Source of the DNA: Escherichia phage vB_EcoM_3HA11
DNA length: 64,000 nt
Sequence record: MN342150
Direction: 5' to 3' (one strand)
The translations under genes and the position numbers were made by a program. The number at the start of each line of letters is the position of its first letter. Position 1 is the first letter of the stretch. Of this stretch, positions 47,694 through 56,938 are shown piece by piece. The notes beneath the pieces were generated by a model. It saw nothing but the letters and a program-made list of their open reading frames with translations. It was not told where the DNA came from and did no database searches.

Positions 47694-48005
47694 ATGTCAA
47701 ACAAACCAACTTATGTTGAAGTAATGCGTGTTCTGGCTCAGTACGCTTGTGACAACCTGAACATGGAAACTTGGCGCGACGGTGACCATAAAGAAAAGTT
47801 CGATAATATCGACGACAACATCGATGCGTTGGCTCCTCTTCGGGCCAAGAGCGATCTCGGCGGTGATGATCTTGACATGATTGAACTCATCATGGAAGTT
47901 GAAGAACAATATGATGTTGAAATCAGTGATGAATGGGTAGGCAAACATGGTGATGATCCCACGCTCGGCGAATTAGCTGAATTGGTAGTTGCCCTCCGCA
48001 AATAG
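47694..48005 (+). CDS. Acyl-carrier-protein-like protein lacking the phosphopantetheinyl Ser
   Basis: DLGGDDLDMIELIMEVEEQYDVEISDE aligns with E. coli ACP [27 protein letters not shown], but the conserved Ser of DSL is Asp. Confidence 0.5.
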   Translation: MSNKPTYVEVMRVLAQYACDNLNMETWRDGDHKEKFDNIDDNIDALAPLRAKSDLGGDDLDMIELIMEVEEQYDVEISDEWVGKHGDDPTLGELAELVVALRK

Positions 48006-48012
48006 CAGAAGT

Positions 48013-48045
48013 CCCCAACGGTTTGTTGGGGATTTTTACTTTTAG
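48013..48045 (+). terminator. Rho-independent terminator (ccccaac-ggttt-gttgggg + atttttactttt)
   Basis: Perfect 7-bp stem with T-tract, 8 nt after ACP-like gene stop. Confidence 0.65.
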
Positions 48046-48048
48046 GGG

Positions 48049-48078
48049 GTTTACTTGAATAAACATTTGCCGTATTAT
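48049..48078 (+). promoter_or_regulatory. Sigma70-type early-promoter candidate (-35 GTTTAC, 18-bp spacer, -10 TATTAT)
   Basis: Same GTTTAC -35-like element as at 29008; 54 nt upstream of the ATG at 48132. Confidence 0.35.
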
Positions 48079-48131
48079 TCAATAACTGGCTAACGTGGGG
48101 TTGGTCAGACATTGAATAGGTTGGTTATAAC

Positions 48132-48371
48132 ATGTCAAATAAAAAAGTAGAAACGACAGTAGAAATTGATCGTAATTGGGGATTACTCCGCGCTAAAGGT
48201 TTTCGTCGTGTTTATATGACCAAGGAAGTTTATGTTCAGCGTCGCGACGTTATTATCAGCAAGAAAGGTAAAGAGTGGGTTGCTGAAGAAGTTGACATTG
48301 AAACGGGTGTCGTGGGCAAAGTAAAAGCGAAGGCGGCTATTTTGTTTGCTCTTCTGAAGCATATCAATTAA
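48132..48371 (+). CDS. Hypothetical protein
   Basis: 79-aa ORF. Confidence 0.35.
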   Translation: MSNKKVETTVEIDRNWGLLRAKGFRRVYMTKEVYVQRRDVIISKKGKEWVAEEVDIETGVVGKVKAKAAILFALLKHIN

Positions 48372-48431
48372 TTCTATAATTTACGGCGGGGTAATCATAC
48401 CCCGCCTATTTGAAATTGCAGGAACTATATC

Positions 48432-48710
48432 ATGACAGATCAAAGAAGTATTGCTCGTTCGGAAATCAAAGATATTATACAGAGCAAGACCAACGAAACT
48501 CATGCTCAATCCAGAATGTTATCTCGATTTGTTGAAATTAAGTTTGACATTGAAGAGAATAACAATCAGAGAGCGCTGGAGGGGATGTTGGCAATTATCT
48601 TGCGCCATTTCACCGATTCAGCATATGACATGGATGATTTAACTCGTTTGTTGAACGCCCAGAATATCGTTGGGACTTCTGTTCGTGAATTGCTGTTTAA
48701 GTCTGAATGA
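48432..48710 (+). CDS. Hypothetical protein
   Basis: 92-aa ORF. Confidence 0.35.
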   Translation: MTDQRSIARSEIKDIIQSKTNETHAQSRMLSRFVEIKFDIEENNNQRALEGMLAIILRHFTDSAYDMDDLTRLLNAQNIVGTSVRELLFKSE

Positions 48711-48747
48711 ACTAACTAAGGGATAACCCTATATCCCGAGGTGTGTC

Positions 48748-49197
48748 ATGTTTCTTACATCCTTTATTGACTGGATGAATATCATAAATGGCCTGAGGAT
48801 TCCTGTTGGGAATCTCGGGCTTTCTCGTTCTTCTATGCCGCAAATCGATGCCGACAAACAAGAAGATTTTCACAAATATCTTGAAGACAACGGCGTGTCC
48901 ATAGATGCTGCGCAAGTGCCCATCAAAATGCTTCGTCTTACCCAGAACGAAATCAATAAAATGAAGGTCTGGAAGATCATGAAGCAAATCAGAAATAAGA
49001 AACCTATGGGTCGAGTTTGGGTGTCTTCTGACAATTACGTTGTTGACGGTTCTCACCGATTTGTCGCTGCGTTGAACATGGATGGTAAACAGCGCATGAA
49101 GGTCTACAAAGTTGATTTGCCTGCGATGGAATTCGTAAAACTCGCCAAACAATTTCAGGGTGTGCGGTACAGAACGGTCAGCGATACCCGTTTCTGA
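48748..49197 (+). CDS. ParB/Srx-like nuclease domain protein (tentative)
   Basis: Motif YVVDGSHRFVAA resembles the DG.HR..A signature of ParB N-terminal-like domains. Confidence 0.35.
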   Translation: MFLTSFIDWMNIINGLRIPVGNLGLSRSSMPQIDADKQEDFHKYLEDNGVSIDAAQVPIKMLRLTQNEINKMKVWKIMKQIRNKKPMGRVWVSSDNYVVDGSHRFVAALNMDGKQRMKVYKVDLPAMEFVKLAKQFQGVRYRTVSDTRF

Positions 49198-49276
49198 ATA
49201 CGATAGTTTATTGAAACCCTTTACTCAACATGGTGAGCCGACTATCATTTTATCCAATGAAATAAGGAGAATCACC

Positions 49277-49966
49277 ATGAAACGTTTAATCCTCGGGGTT
49301 GTGCTGGCAGGTCTGGCATTACCCGCCACCGCCAAGCTGAACTCCACAGGTGACAAACTGTGGTCTGATCTTTCCTACTGTGCTGGGTTCTCCCAGGCGG
49401 TCGCTATCGACAAGTCCGGTTCCATAGAGAATTTCGCTGAACTTTGGAACACGGGTAACGTCTCCACTGCTGTTGTTAATGCTGGGATTGAGTTCAACCG
49501 TTACAAACAGGGAGCCTACAACTTGAAAGGCTACCTGAATGACGATGAATTTAACCGAGGAGGCATGGAGGCTGGCGATCTCATCATGACTGGCCGTATG
49601 GGCACACAAGGCCGTATGACTGTAAGGCAATGCCGTTCTCTCCCCTCTCCGGCATTACAGAAGGGTGTGCAAATCGGGCGTCGACATTTGGATCTGATCA
49701 ATGATGGCAACCAATGCATCAAGGTGTTTGAATATAGTGCCGACCAAGAATCAGATCGACGTTTGAAAAAGGAATGGCGGACACGTGCCCTTGGATTGAG
49801 AGCATGGCTCGTAGAAAATGATTATTACTATGAGGATCGTGTTCAGAACGGATTGAAAGATCTTTCCACTAATTTGTCTGTCAATCTAGACGACCCAAGG
49901 CTTTCGCGTGAACTCAAGCAAACACGGATTGACTGCGACAATATGATGAAGGAGAACGAAAGATGA
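49277..49966 (+). CDS. Secreted protein with N-terminal signal peptide
   Basis: MKRLILGVVLAGLALPATA signal-like N-terminus after GGAGAA. Confidence 0.45.
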   Translation: MKRLILGVVLAGLALPATAKLNSTGDKLWSDLSYCAGFSQAVAIDKSGSIENFAELWNTGNVSTAVVNAGIEFNRYKQGAYNLKGYLNDDEFNRGGMEAGDLIMTGRMGTQGRMTVRQCRSLPSPALQKGVQIGRRHLDLINDGNQCIKVFEYSADQESDRRLKKEWRTRALGLRAWLVENDYYYEDRVQNGLKDLSTNLSVNLDDPRLSRELKQTRIDCDNMMKENER

Positions 49967-50283
49967 GAAACATAATATTCTTGTTATTCTTTTCTATGTT
50001 GGCATCATTCCAAGTTATGGCAACTCCGGCTAGCAAATTGAATATCTGTGCGGCCTGGTTGTCTACTTATCAACAATTTCACCCTGATGATAAAGATACA
50101 TCCATCCTTTTATCAGATTATGAAGGTGAGTTGAAACGCCTTGATCTCTACAGCGTGGATCAAATAGAGAATGCTTTGGATTTGCCAATGATGGAGTCCG
50201 CTGCCGACAATAGCAAACAGACGATCAAAGATCTGACTATGTGTCGGGAAATAGCGACTAATTTCGTTGGAAATCAAAGATAA
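49963..50283 (+). CDS. Small secreted protein
   Basis: MRNIIFLLFFSMLASFQVMA signal-like N-terminus; start/stop overlap. Confidence 0.4.
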   Translation: MRNIIFLLFFSMLASFQVMATPASKLNICAAWLSTYQQFHPDDKDTSILLSDYEGELKRLDLYSVDQIENALDLPMMESAADNSKQTIKDLTMCREIATNFVGNQR

Positions 50284-50330
50284 TTTTCAGGTTAAAATTT
50301 AACTTCCATTGAACTGAAAGGAAATACTTC

Positions 50331-51296
50331 GTGATGATTATTACTAAAAAGATCGCCGAGTCGATCGTTGAAAAGAATAAGATGTTCGCGCCCAACAAAG
50401 CAAAGGTCATTCTGATTCACGAAGACGGGCGCGTCATCTTCGCTGAGAAGTTTGAGCAGGGTTGTGCTTTCTGGTTCGCAGACACTATGCGCGAAAGCAA
50501 GCTGCAGGGCATCATCTATAAATTGACTCTGGTTGCCAAGCGCAATGATCAGGGTGATTGGGTTACGGTCTGCGATTTCAGCTCTAAGGTTGAAACTAAA
50601 CCCAAAACCCGCCAAGAAAGGATTTTAGAGGCTCAAGAAAAACTTCGAGTCGCTCGCACATCATCCACAGAGAAGCCGGAAATCAAACCAGCCGTTATGC
50701 CTGTCACCAAACTGCCTCCAGTGAGTGAAAAATCTGTTGAGCAGTACGCCGAGAAGCGCAAGGGTGACGGCATGTCTGTTTCAAAGATGTGTAAGATTGT
50801 TGAGCCTTTTAAGGGCGATTCTCCACATGAGCCGAATCCAGTATCTGAATCCCAGCGTTTGGTGAAACTGGAAGACGGCTATGTTGTGGAGAAGTCTGTT
50901 TCGACAGTAGAACCGTTCTGTCCAGATACAGCAAAAGTCAAATCGCTGGCTGAAAAAGTTCACGGTTCAGAATTCATCTCCCTGCGCGAACTCGAACCAC
51001 CTACCCGCCGCCGGATCGCAAATGAGTTATTTGTGTCCTTCAGACCTGACGGGAAGATCATCCTGTGTAAAGCCCTGCGGGATTCTCTACCTTGGACAAC
51101 CTTGAACATGGTAGTGACACGCGACTTCAATAGATTCGGTATCATGCAAGGCAAGGATTACAACGTTAACCAGAGCGGCACTTACGTCAATCGTGCCATG
51201 TGTTCCAAATTGGTCTTCCCTGAAGATACCGGAACCATACGTGTTCGTTTAGAATGGGATGAAACCCTGAACATGTATGTTGGTGATATAAAATAA
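50331..51296 (+). CDS. Hypothetical protein
   Basis: 321-aa ORF. Confidence 0.4.
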   Translation: MMIITKKIAESIVEKNKMFAPNKAKVILIHEDGRVIFAEKFEQGCAFWFADTMRESKLQGIIYKLTLVAKRNDQGDWVTVCDFSSKVETKPKTRQERILEAQEKLRVARTSSTEKPEIKPAVMPVTKLPPVSEKSVEQYAEKRKGDGMSVSKMCKIVEPFKGDSPHEPNPVSESQRLVKLEDGYVVEKSVSTVEPFCPDTAKVKSLAEKVHGSEFISLRELEPPTRRRIANELFVSFRPDGKIILCKALRDSLPWTTLNMVVTRDFNRFGIMQGKDYNVNQSGTYVNRAMCSKLVFPEDTGTIRVRLEWDETLNMYVGDIK

Positions 51297-51353
51297 TTCA
51301 ATAACATTAGGGCGGTTATTATTAAACCGCCTTTTATTTGAGAGATCTATATT

Positions 51354-52022
51354 ATGAATAAGAAGAGTCGTATCATCATCGGCGCGGATCAGGGAAATCT
51401 GTATTTTGATACAACTGGTGCTATTGCCCACGCCATCCTTCCAACAGGTATTTCTGTTTATTGCGTCGAACATCCAGATCCAGCGATCAAACGACTTTGT
51501 TACATCCATCGTGAAAAGGGATTGATCGTATTACCGGAAGGCGCAATTATGCGCGCTCGTTCTTGGCCGATCGATTTTAATTCCATGAGCAATAGGGAGA
51601 TCGACGCCCGTTTCTTCGCATATAATATGAACCGGACTCTAAAAAATGAAACTCAGAGAGTTGTTAGTTTCGACAATGAAACTCATGGAGTGACGTTAGA
51701 ATTCAGAATTCGTGGTGAAGCTATTCAGGTGAAGAAATCAAGCTGGAAAACTGAAGGGATGTTCACATATGATTATGCGTTAACCGACAAATTGTGCAAT
51801 CAGTTTCGCATTAGTCTGACTGCCAACGACGATTTAGGTCAGTATGTTGTATGGACAGCCCGTTCACCACATATGAACGGTATCATGATGGAGAGTGAAA
51901 CTCGTAATCGCGCTGTGCTCCAACTGCTGCTGTTAGACGCGTATTCTCGCAATCCTCTGGAATATTTGTCTCGAGAGCAAATCGACAACGCTCTTTCCCA
52001 TTGCAATCGTCTGGAGGTGTAA
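51354..52022 (+). CDS. Hypothetical protein
   Basis: 222-aa ORF. Confidence 0.4.
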   Translation: MNKKSRIIIGADQGNLYFDTTGAIAHAILPTGISVYCVEHPDPAIKRLCYIHREKGLIVLPEGAIMRARSWPIDFNSMSNREIDARFFAYNMNRTLKNETQRVVSFDNETHGVTLEFRIRGEAIQVKKSSWKTEGMFTYDYALTDKLCNQFRISLTANDDLGQYVVWTARSPHMNGIMMESETRNRAVLQLLLLDAYSRNPLEYLSREQIDNALSHCNRLEV

Positions 52023-52023
52023 T

Positions 52024-52311
52024 ATGTCCGGCGTATGGTGTGATGTATTATTAGTGAGATTTTCAAACGGGATGGATAATCAGATCATTTCATTCTTTTA
52101 TCCTGTCCCTTTTTCTTCGATGGGCCTGACCGTCAAGCGCGTTCTTGACATAGAAGAAAAACTCAACGCCATGCCGTATATGGCGCGACCACACGTGCTG
52201 GGTTGTGAACTGTTAAACGAAATGATGATCGATGAGAATCTTGTTGAAACAATTATCACGCGTGAACAGATGAAAACCATACTGGCTCAGGGAGAACCCC
52301 ATGTCGAATAA
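52024..52311 (+). CDS. Hypothetical protein
   Basis: 95-aa ORF. Confidence 0.3.
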   Translation: MSGVWCDVLLVRFSNGMDNQIISFFYPVPFSSMGLTVKRVLDIEEKLNAMPYMARPHVLGCELLNEMMIDENLVETIITREQMKTILAQGEPHVE

Positions 52312-52621
52312 ACCGTTTGAACTTAAATTTCGCGTTTGGCATATTCCCCAGGTTCCTGGGATCGCTTTTCATGTTGAGGTTCCAACATTTGAAGAAGCGC
52401 AGCGCCTGAAGAATGCTCTGGGCGATTATGATTTGTTCCAGTTCAACAACAATATCAAGCCGGATTATTGCAATGCTTCGGGCATTCAGATTTATCAACA
52501 TGATCTGACCGATGATGATCTTAATGATATGGGTCTGGATGATCGTTGGGTTGATATGGAAGATGTTGACGAACTTAACGATTATTTCGAGCATCTGCGC
52601 AGTACAGGGTGGGAAATATGA
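52301..52621 (+). CDS. Hypothetical highly acidic protein
   Basis: C-terminal DDDLNDMGLDDRWVDMEDVDELNDYFE. Confidence 0.35.
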   Translation: MSNKPFELKFRVWHIPQVPGIAFHVEVPTFEEAQRLKNALGDYDLFQFNNNIKPDYCNASGIQIYQHDLTDDDLNDMGLDDRWVDMEDVDELNDYFEHLRSTGWEI

Positions 52622-52926
52622 TTTCAAAATATATTGTAAAGCCTGGGGATACTCTGTCCAGCATCGCTCTAAAATTATATGGGGATGCCCAACAGTATAT
52701 CAAATTAGCCAGATTCAACAATATCCAAAACCCAGGCCATATCACGGTTGGTCAGGTTATTTGTTTACCCACACCTGTCGAAGACAAAGAACACATTATG
52801 ATTCCGGTTCAACCGACACAGAAGTGTTTGGATGCGATAGCTGGTTTATTTCGACCAGGTTTTTGTGATGGAACTATTGAACGTCACATTTATCAAGCGA
52901 TTGTGGAAAACGCAGGTGTAAAATGA
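52618..52926 (+). CDS. LysM domain protein
   Basis: YIVKPGDTLSSIALKLYGDAQQYIKLARFNNIQNPGHITVGQVICLP fits the LysM peptidoglycan-binding motif. Confidence 0.6.
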   Translation: MISKYIVKPGDTLSSIALKLYGDAQQYIKLARFNNIQNPGHITVGQVICLPTPVEDKEHIMIPVQPTQKCLDAIAGLFRPGFCDGTIERHIYQAIVENAGVK

Positions 52927-53132
52927 ACGGATTAATTCGTTACCTGTTCATATTCGTAATTTCAACATTCATTTTATTTTTCTTTTTCAAATACTTGAAA
53001 GAGACTAAAATCTACCGAAGTAAACGTTGGCGCAAACGGGTGAGGGTAACTTTCCTGCTGCTGATTTCTTCGGTTACAATAACCGCACTCACATTGGGTG
53101 CATATATCTACATTTTTGAAGGGGTACATTGA
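52923..53132 (+). CDS. Small two-helix membrane protein (holin-like topology)
   Basis: Two hydrophobic segments (LFIFVISTFILFFFF, LLLISSVTITALTLGAYIYIF) separated by basic loop. Confidence 0.4.
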   Translation: MNGLIRYLFIFVISTFILFFFFKYLKETKIYRSKRWRKRVRVTFLLLISSVTITALTLGAYIYIFEGVH

Positions 53133-53923
53133 TGTTCAAGAAATTGGTGTTCGGTGCAATTATGGTTCTGGCTGCAAGTCTACTTTCTGGTTGTGGTGGC
53201 GTTATCGATGAAGGTAATGTCGGCGTTCGCACCCAATGGGGTGAAGTAGACATGAACCCTGTAACAGCGGGGATCTACACCAGCTTTGTTTCAAGCGTGG
53301 ATGTTTACACGACCAAAGAAGCCGTTGTGAGTCTGACTAAAATGACGCCAAAGGCCAAAGACAACCTGACTCTGGAAGACTTGGATGTGGATGTTTATTA
53401 CACACCCAATGTCGCAAAGGTTCCGTGGTTCCATACCAAATTTGCTGGCCAGAGCGCTGAACTCGATGATGGCACGATAGCGGTGGGTTTCAATCTAGTT
53501 AAAACTGCTGCAGCATCTTCTTCGATGGACGCCGTTTCTTCTCTTGATTCTATGACAATTCACACCCAACGTGCTGAATTAGAGAAGATGATTAAAGACC
53601 GCACTCAGCAACAATTAGAGACTGCTGCGCCTGGCATGTTCACAATCACACGCGTGTTGGTCAAAAAGGCGCTGACGGATCCTTCTATTGAGCAGTCTAT
53701 CCGTGATAATGTTATGGCGGACAAACGATTGGATACGGCAAGAAAGAACGTTGAAATTCGCGAGCAAGAAGCCCAAGCGAACCAGAAACTGACCACTTCG
53801 CTGACGCCTGAATATCTTCAACATGAATATAACATGGTATTACAATCATGTGCCAATAGTGGAAAATGTACTCTGATCGTTGACGGATCCGGCTCAGGTA
53901 AAATGCTGAACGTCGGCAAATAA
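53129..53923 (+). CDS. SPFH (band-7/prohibitin-like) domain lipoprotein
   Basis: Signal peptide with lipobox LLSGC; central region resembles HflK/C-stomatin band-7 domains. Confidence 0.45.
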   Translation: MMFKKLVFGAIMVLAASLLSGCGGVIDEGNVGVRTQWGEVDMNPVTAGIYTSFVSSVDVYTTKEAVVSLTKMTPKAKDNLTLEDLDVDVYYTPNVAKVPWFHTKFAGQSAELDDGTIAVGFNLVKTAAASSSMDAVSSLDSMTIHTQRAELEKMIKDRTQQQLETAAPGMFTITRVLVKKALTDPSIEQSIRDNVMADKRLDTARKNVEIREQEAQANQKLTTSLTPEYLQHEYNMVLQSCANSGKCTLIVDGSGSGKMLNVGK

Positions 53924-54006
53924 ACGCTTTATTCAATAATATTTGTTAGGTAAGCTGTAGTCCTCTTGTAGTGAAACATTGTAAACAACTAACTGGAGTA
54001 ATCCGA

Positions 54007-54285
54007 ATGAACCGTACTGATTTTATCGCTCACATCGCCCAGACTCAGGGTATGACCAAAGGCGAAGCAGAGAAGATCGTGGCATCTTTTATCAACGGCG
54101 TAAAAACTGCAGTCGCAGCTGGCCAATCTGTCCAATTCGTCGGCTTCGGCGCGTTTGAAGTTAAACATCAGGAAGCGCGCACTGGCCGCAACCCGCTGAA
54201 CGGGCAAGCGATTCAGATCGAAGCGAAAAATGTTGTTAAATTCAAAGTCGGCGAAGGTCTGAAAGCTGCCGCCAACGGCCAGTAA
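54007..54285 (+). CDS. HU/IHF-family DNA-binding protein
   Basis: VGFGAFEVKHQEARTGRNPLNGQAIQI matches bacterial HU signature GFG.F.V..R.ARTGRNP.TG. Confidence 0.85.
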   Translation: MNRTDFIAHIAQTQGMTKGEAEKIVASFINGVKTAVAAGQSVQFVGFGAFEVKHQEARTGRNPLNGQAIQIEAKNVVKFKVGEGLKAAANGQ

Positions 54286-54336
54286 TCACATTCAGAGCGG
54301 TCGTGCCTAGCACAGCGTGTTAGGCTAAAAGAGAAA

Positions 54337-54362
54337 GCCGAGGTTAATGCCTCGGCTTTTTC
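54337..54362 (+). terminator. Rho-independent terminator (gccgagg-ttaatg-cctcggc + tttttcg)
   Basis: Perfect 7-bp stem plus T-tract; preceded by a second imperfect hairpin at 54305..54325. Confidence 0.7.
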
Positions 54363-54410
54363 GTTGTTGGAATTCGGGTAAACTATAACAGAACCCAAAG
54401 GAGGAACAAC

Positions 54411-56132
54411 GTGACAGCATTTAATCAATACCGAAAGGCAATTGACGCCATAGGCCGTAAGGTTCCTATAGAAGAAATACAAAGCCTTGCCAAAAACGAA
54501 TTTCCATATGACAAGGCGAACCAAGGCCAGATGGAATGTATCGTCGAAGCCGTTGATGCCTTGGTCAACAAAAAGGTCAAACACGTGATCATTGAAGCCC
54601 CAACTGGCGTGGGGAAATCTTTGATCGGGACAACAATTCATAAAGTGATTCGCCATTTGGTTTTACAGGCCGATCCTTATGGGCAATTCCGCACGTCTAT
54701 CAGTACGCCCACCAAAGGTCTACAAGATCAGTATGCTGCTGAAAAGGCGGTGGCGATAGACATCCTGAAAGGCAAGAAGAACTATCGTTGCCACGTACAC
54801 CCAGATGTGTATTACAACGCCGTGCAATGCCGTATAGCATGCCGTGACGGGCATTGTAGCAAACGCCGTTGTCCTTATGTACAGGCGCGCAATTTATGGA
54901 CTGATATTTCGTCATTGCGTTGCACTAATGCAGCTATGATGATTGAGATGTGCACCACCATCTGTATGAAGCCTGAAAACCGTTCCGATATGCTGATCTT
55001 AGACGAGTGTCATAAGATGCCCTCTACGCTCCTAGAGCACACGATAATGGAATACAATACAAAGGCTGTGGATGGGCTGCGAACTATCCCCGAAGGGAAG
55101 GAGATAGTCTCTATCATTGCCGATATCGTAGAACGCACCAAGGACTATGTCTTGGGCAAGTTGTATTCCTTGTCCGGTGAAATGCATTCGATGTTTGAAG
55201 ACCTCCATCTTAAAGTGGAGTCTTTGTTGGAAGTTCTTGAAGAATTGGTTGAAGATGACCGCCTGAGTGAAAGCCAGGTGATGAAACTCGCCGACATTAT
55301 CGATGTACTACACAATCTGAGTGATTATTGTGGTATTATGTCTCAGACAAAGGCCAGCACCTTTATCGTACAGGAAAAGGGAGATGACTTTATTCGGTTT
55401 AAACCCGTCATGCCTTCTGATGTAAGTGAATTTGGATTGTTCAGGAAAGCCGATTACCATGTTCATATGTCGGCAACAATCTGCGGAATCGATTCATATG
55501 CCCGTTCCTTGGGTATCCGCCAGGGGGATTATCATTCAATACAGATTGGAAATCCAATCCCAATTGAAAATCGGAAAGTCAACTATATGCCCATCGTTAA
55601 GATGACCAACAACATGGGCGATTATGAAATGAAAAGGCTGACGGAATACATTGATGAAATAATCGCATTCCATCCAGGGCAATCTGGCATCATACATACA
55701 GTGAGCTATGATCGCGCATTAGCAATACAAAAATTCAGCAAATACCAGAACTTTATCCATGTGCCACGCACTCGAAAGGCGTTGATGGATATTATGGAAA
55801 ATGCCTTCAGGACAAAAACACCTTGTGTTATTGCCAGTCCGGCCATGGAAGAAGGATATGACTTCAAAGGTGATTACAGCCGATTCCAAATACTGATCAA
55901 AGTTCCTTATGATTATTTGGGCGATCCATTGATCGCACATATCAATTCAGTGGATCCGTCTGCGTACTTCCGCAACGCAGTATTGCGCATTGTTCAGATG
56001 TGCGGACGTTCGGTCAGGGGTGTGGATGACTGGGCTGCAACATACATAATCGATTCTTCCTTTGAATCTCTTATGATGCGCAACCCAGAGTTCTTCCCAA
56101 CCTGGTTCACCGATGCAGTATTTGAAGTTTAA
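54411..56132 (+). CDS. DinG/Rad3-family (XPD-like) helicase
   Basis: Walker A EAPTGVGKS, DEAH-like LILDECHK, four-Cys insertion (C-x14-C-x3-C-x5-C) typical of the Fe-S domain of DinG/XPD helicases. Confidence 0.7.
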   Translation: MTAFNQYRKAIDAIGRKVPIEEIQSLAKNEFPYDKANQGQMECIVEAVDALVNKKVKHVIIEAPTGVGKSLIGTTIHKVIRHLVLQADPYGQFRTSISTPTKGLQDQYAAEKAVAIDILKGKKNYRCHVHPDVYYNAVQCRIACRDGHCSKRRCPYVQARNLWTDISSLRCTNAAMMIEMCTTICMKPENRSDMLILDECHKMPSTLLEHTIMEYNTKAVDGLRTIPEGKEIVSIIADIVERTKDYVLGKLYSLSGEMHSMFEDLHLKVESLLEVLEELVEDDRLSESQVMKLADIIDVLHNLSDYCGIMSQTKASTFIVQEKGDDFIRFKPVMPSDVSEFGLFRKADYHVHMSATICGIDSYARSLGIRQGDYHSIQIGNPIPIENRKVNYMPIVKMTNNMGDYEMKRLTEYIDEIIAFHPGQSGIIHTVSYDRALAIQKFSKYQNFIHVPRTRKALMDIMENAFRTKTPCVIASPAMEEGYDFKGDYSRFQILIKVPYDYLGDPLIAHINSVDPSAYFRNAVLRIVQMCGRSVRGVDDWAATYIIDSSFESLMMRNPEFFPTWFTDAVFEV

Positions 56133-56896
56133 TAACCTGCAATAAACGATAAATGGCACTTGATATTTGGTTCAAGTGTCGTTATCGTGATGATCATATT
56201 ATCCACATCTTGGCTGAAAGATATATTTGCGATCGGTTTGGTCTGAACGTGGTTGTACAGGCTGTATATCAAATCTTCACCACGGTATCCGACTTTACCA
56301 TCAGTATCCTGCCAATGGCCTAACGTGGATTCATGAGCATGTACTCGGAATTCTATCATATGGAACAATGCTTTTGGGATTGTTTTCAGTATGCTGGTTC
56401 CGACAACAGGGATATCAATAGAAGAGTCGTTGGAGTTTCCTTCATAAACTGACGCCCAACCAAATGTTGGATCTCCTCCCGCTACTGGAGTTCTCTTCCA
56501 ATATTGGAATTCCGGATTTCCAGCAGCATTCTTTTGTAGAAGGATAACTTCACCGCCTTCAAAATTAGAAGTGTCTATATCATCACGTGCTAATAAATCA
56601 GCTGGAGAACCAATAAATTTCCAGGTTTCGCGATCTAAAATAGACTTATAATAATCGGTGAATACGTTGCTGTCGTTAGCTGCATTGATTGCGTCTTTAA
56701 GACCTTCACCTGTGACCATCTCATTGAGTTTTAGCCACATGTTTTTGACAGCTGACGCAGCTGCGACCTGACCTTCAGTCCCACCCGCCGTGTAGTCATA
56801 TACGATGTCCAGCTTTTGGATGGAGTCGTTTATGGACAAGAGCAAACGCTCAATTTCTGGGGCGGTCAGACTGAAACGATATGCGCGTTCTGACAT
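56129..56896 (-). CDS. Hypothetical protein on the opposite strand
   Basis: 255-aa ORF, the only clear - strand gene in this block; divergent from the RNase H gene. Confidence 0.45.
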   Translation of the reverse strand: MSERAYRFSLTAPEIERLLLSINDSIQKLDIVYDYTAGGTEGQVAAASAVKNMWLKLNEMVTGEGLKDAINAANDSNVFTDYYKSILDRETWKFIGSPADLLARDDIDTSNFEGGEVILLQKNAAGNPEFQYWKRTPVAGGDPTFGWASVYEGNSNDSSIDIPVVGTSILKTIPKALFHMIEFRVHAHESTLGHWQDTDGKVGYRGEDLIYSLYNHVQTKPIANISFSQDVDNMIITITTLEPNIKCHLSFIAGY

Positions 56897-56938
56897 GATT
56901 CGTTCCTCATCGATAAAACCAGTTTGGGATACTTATAC

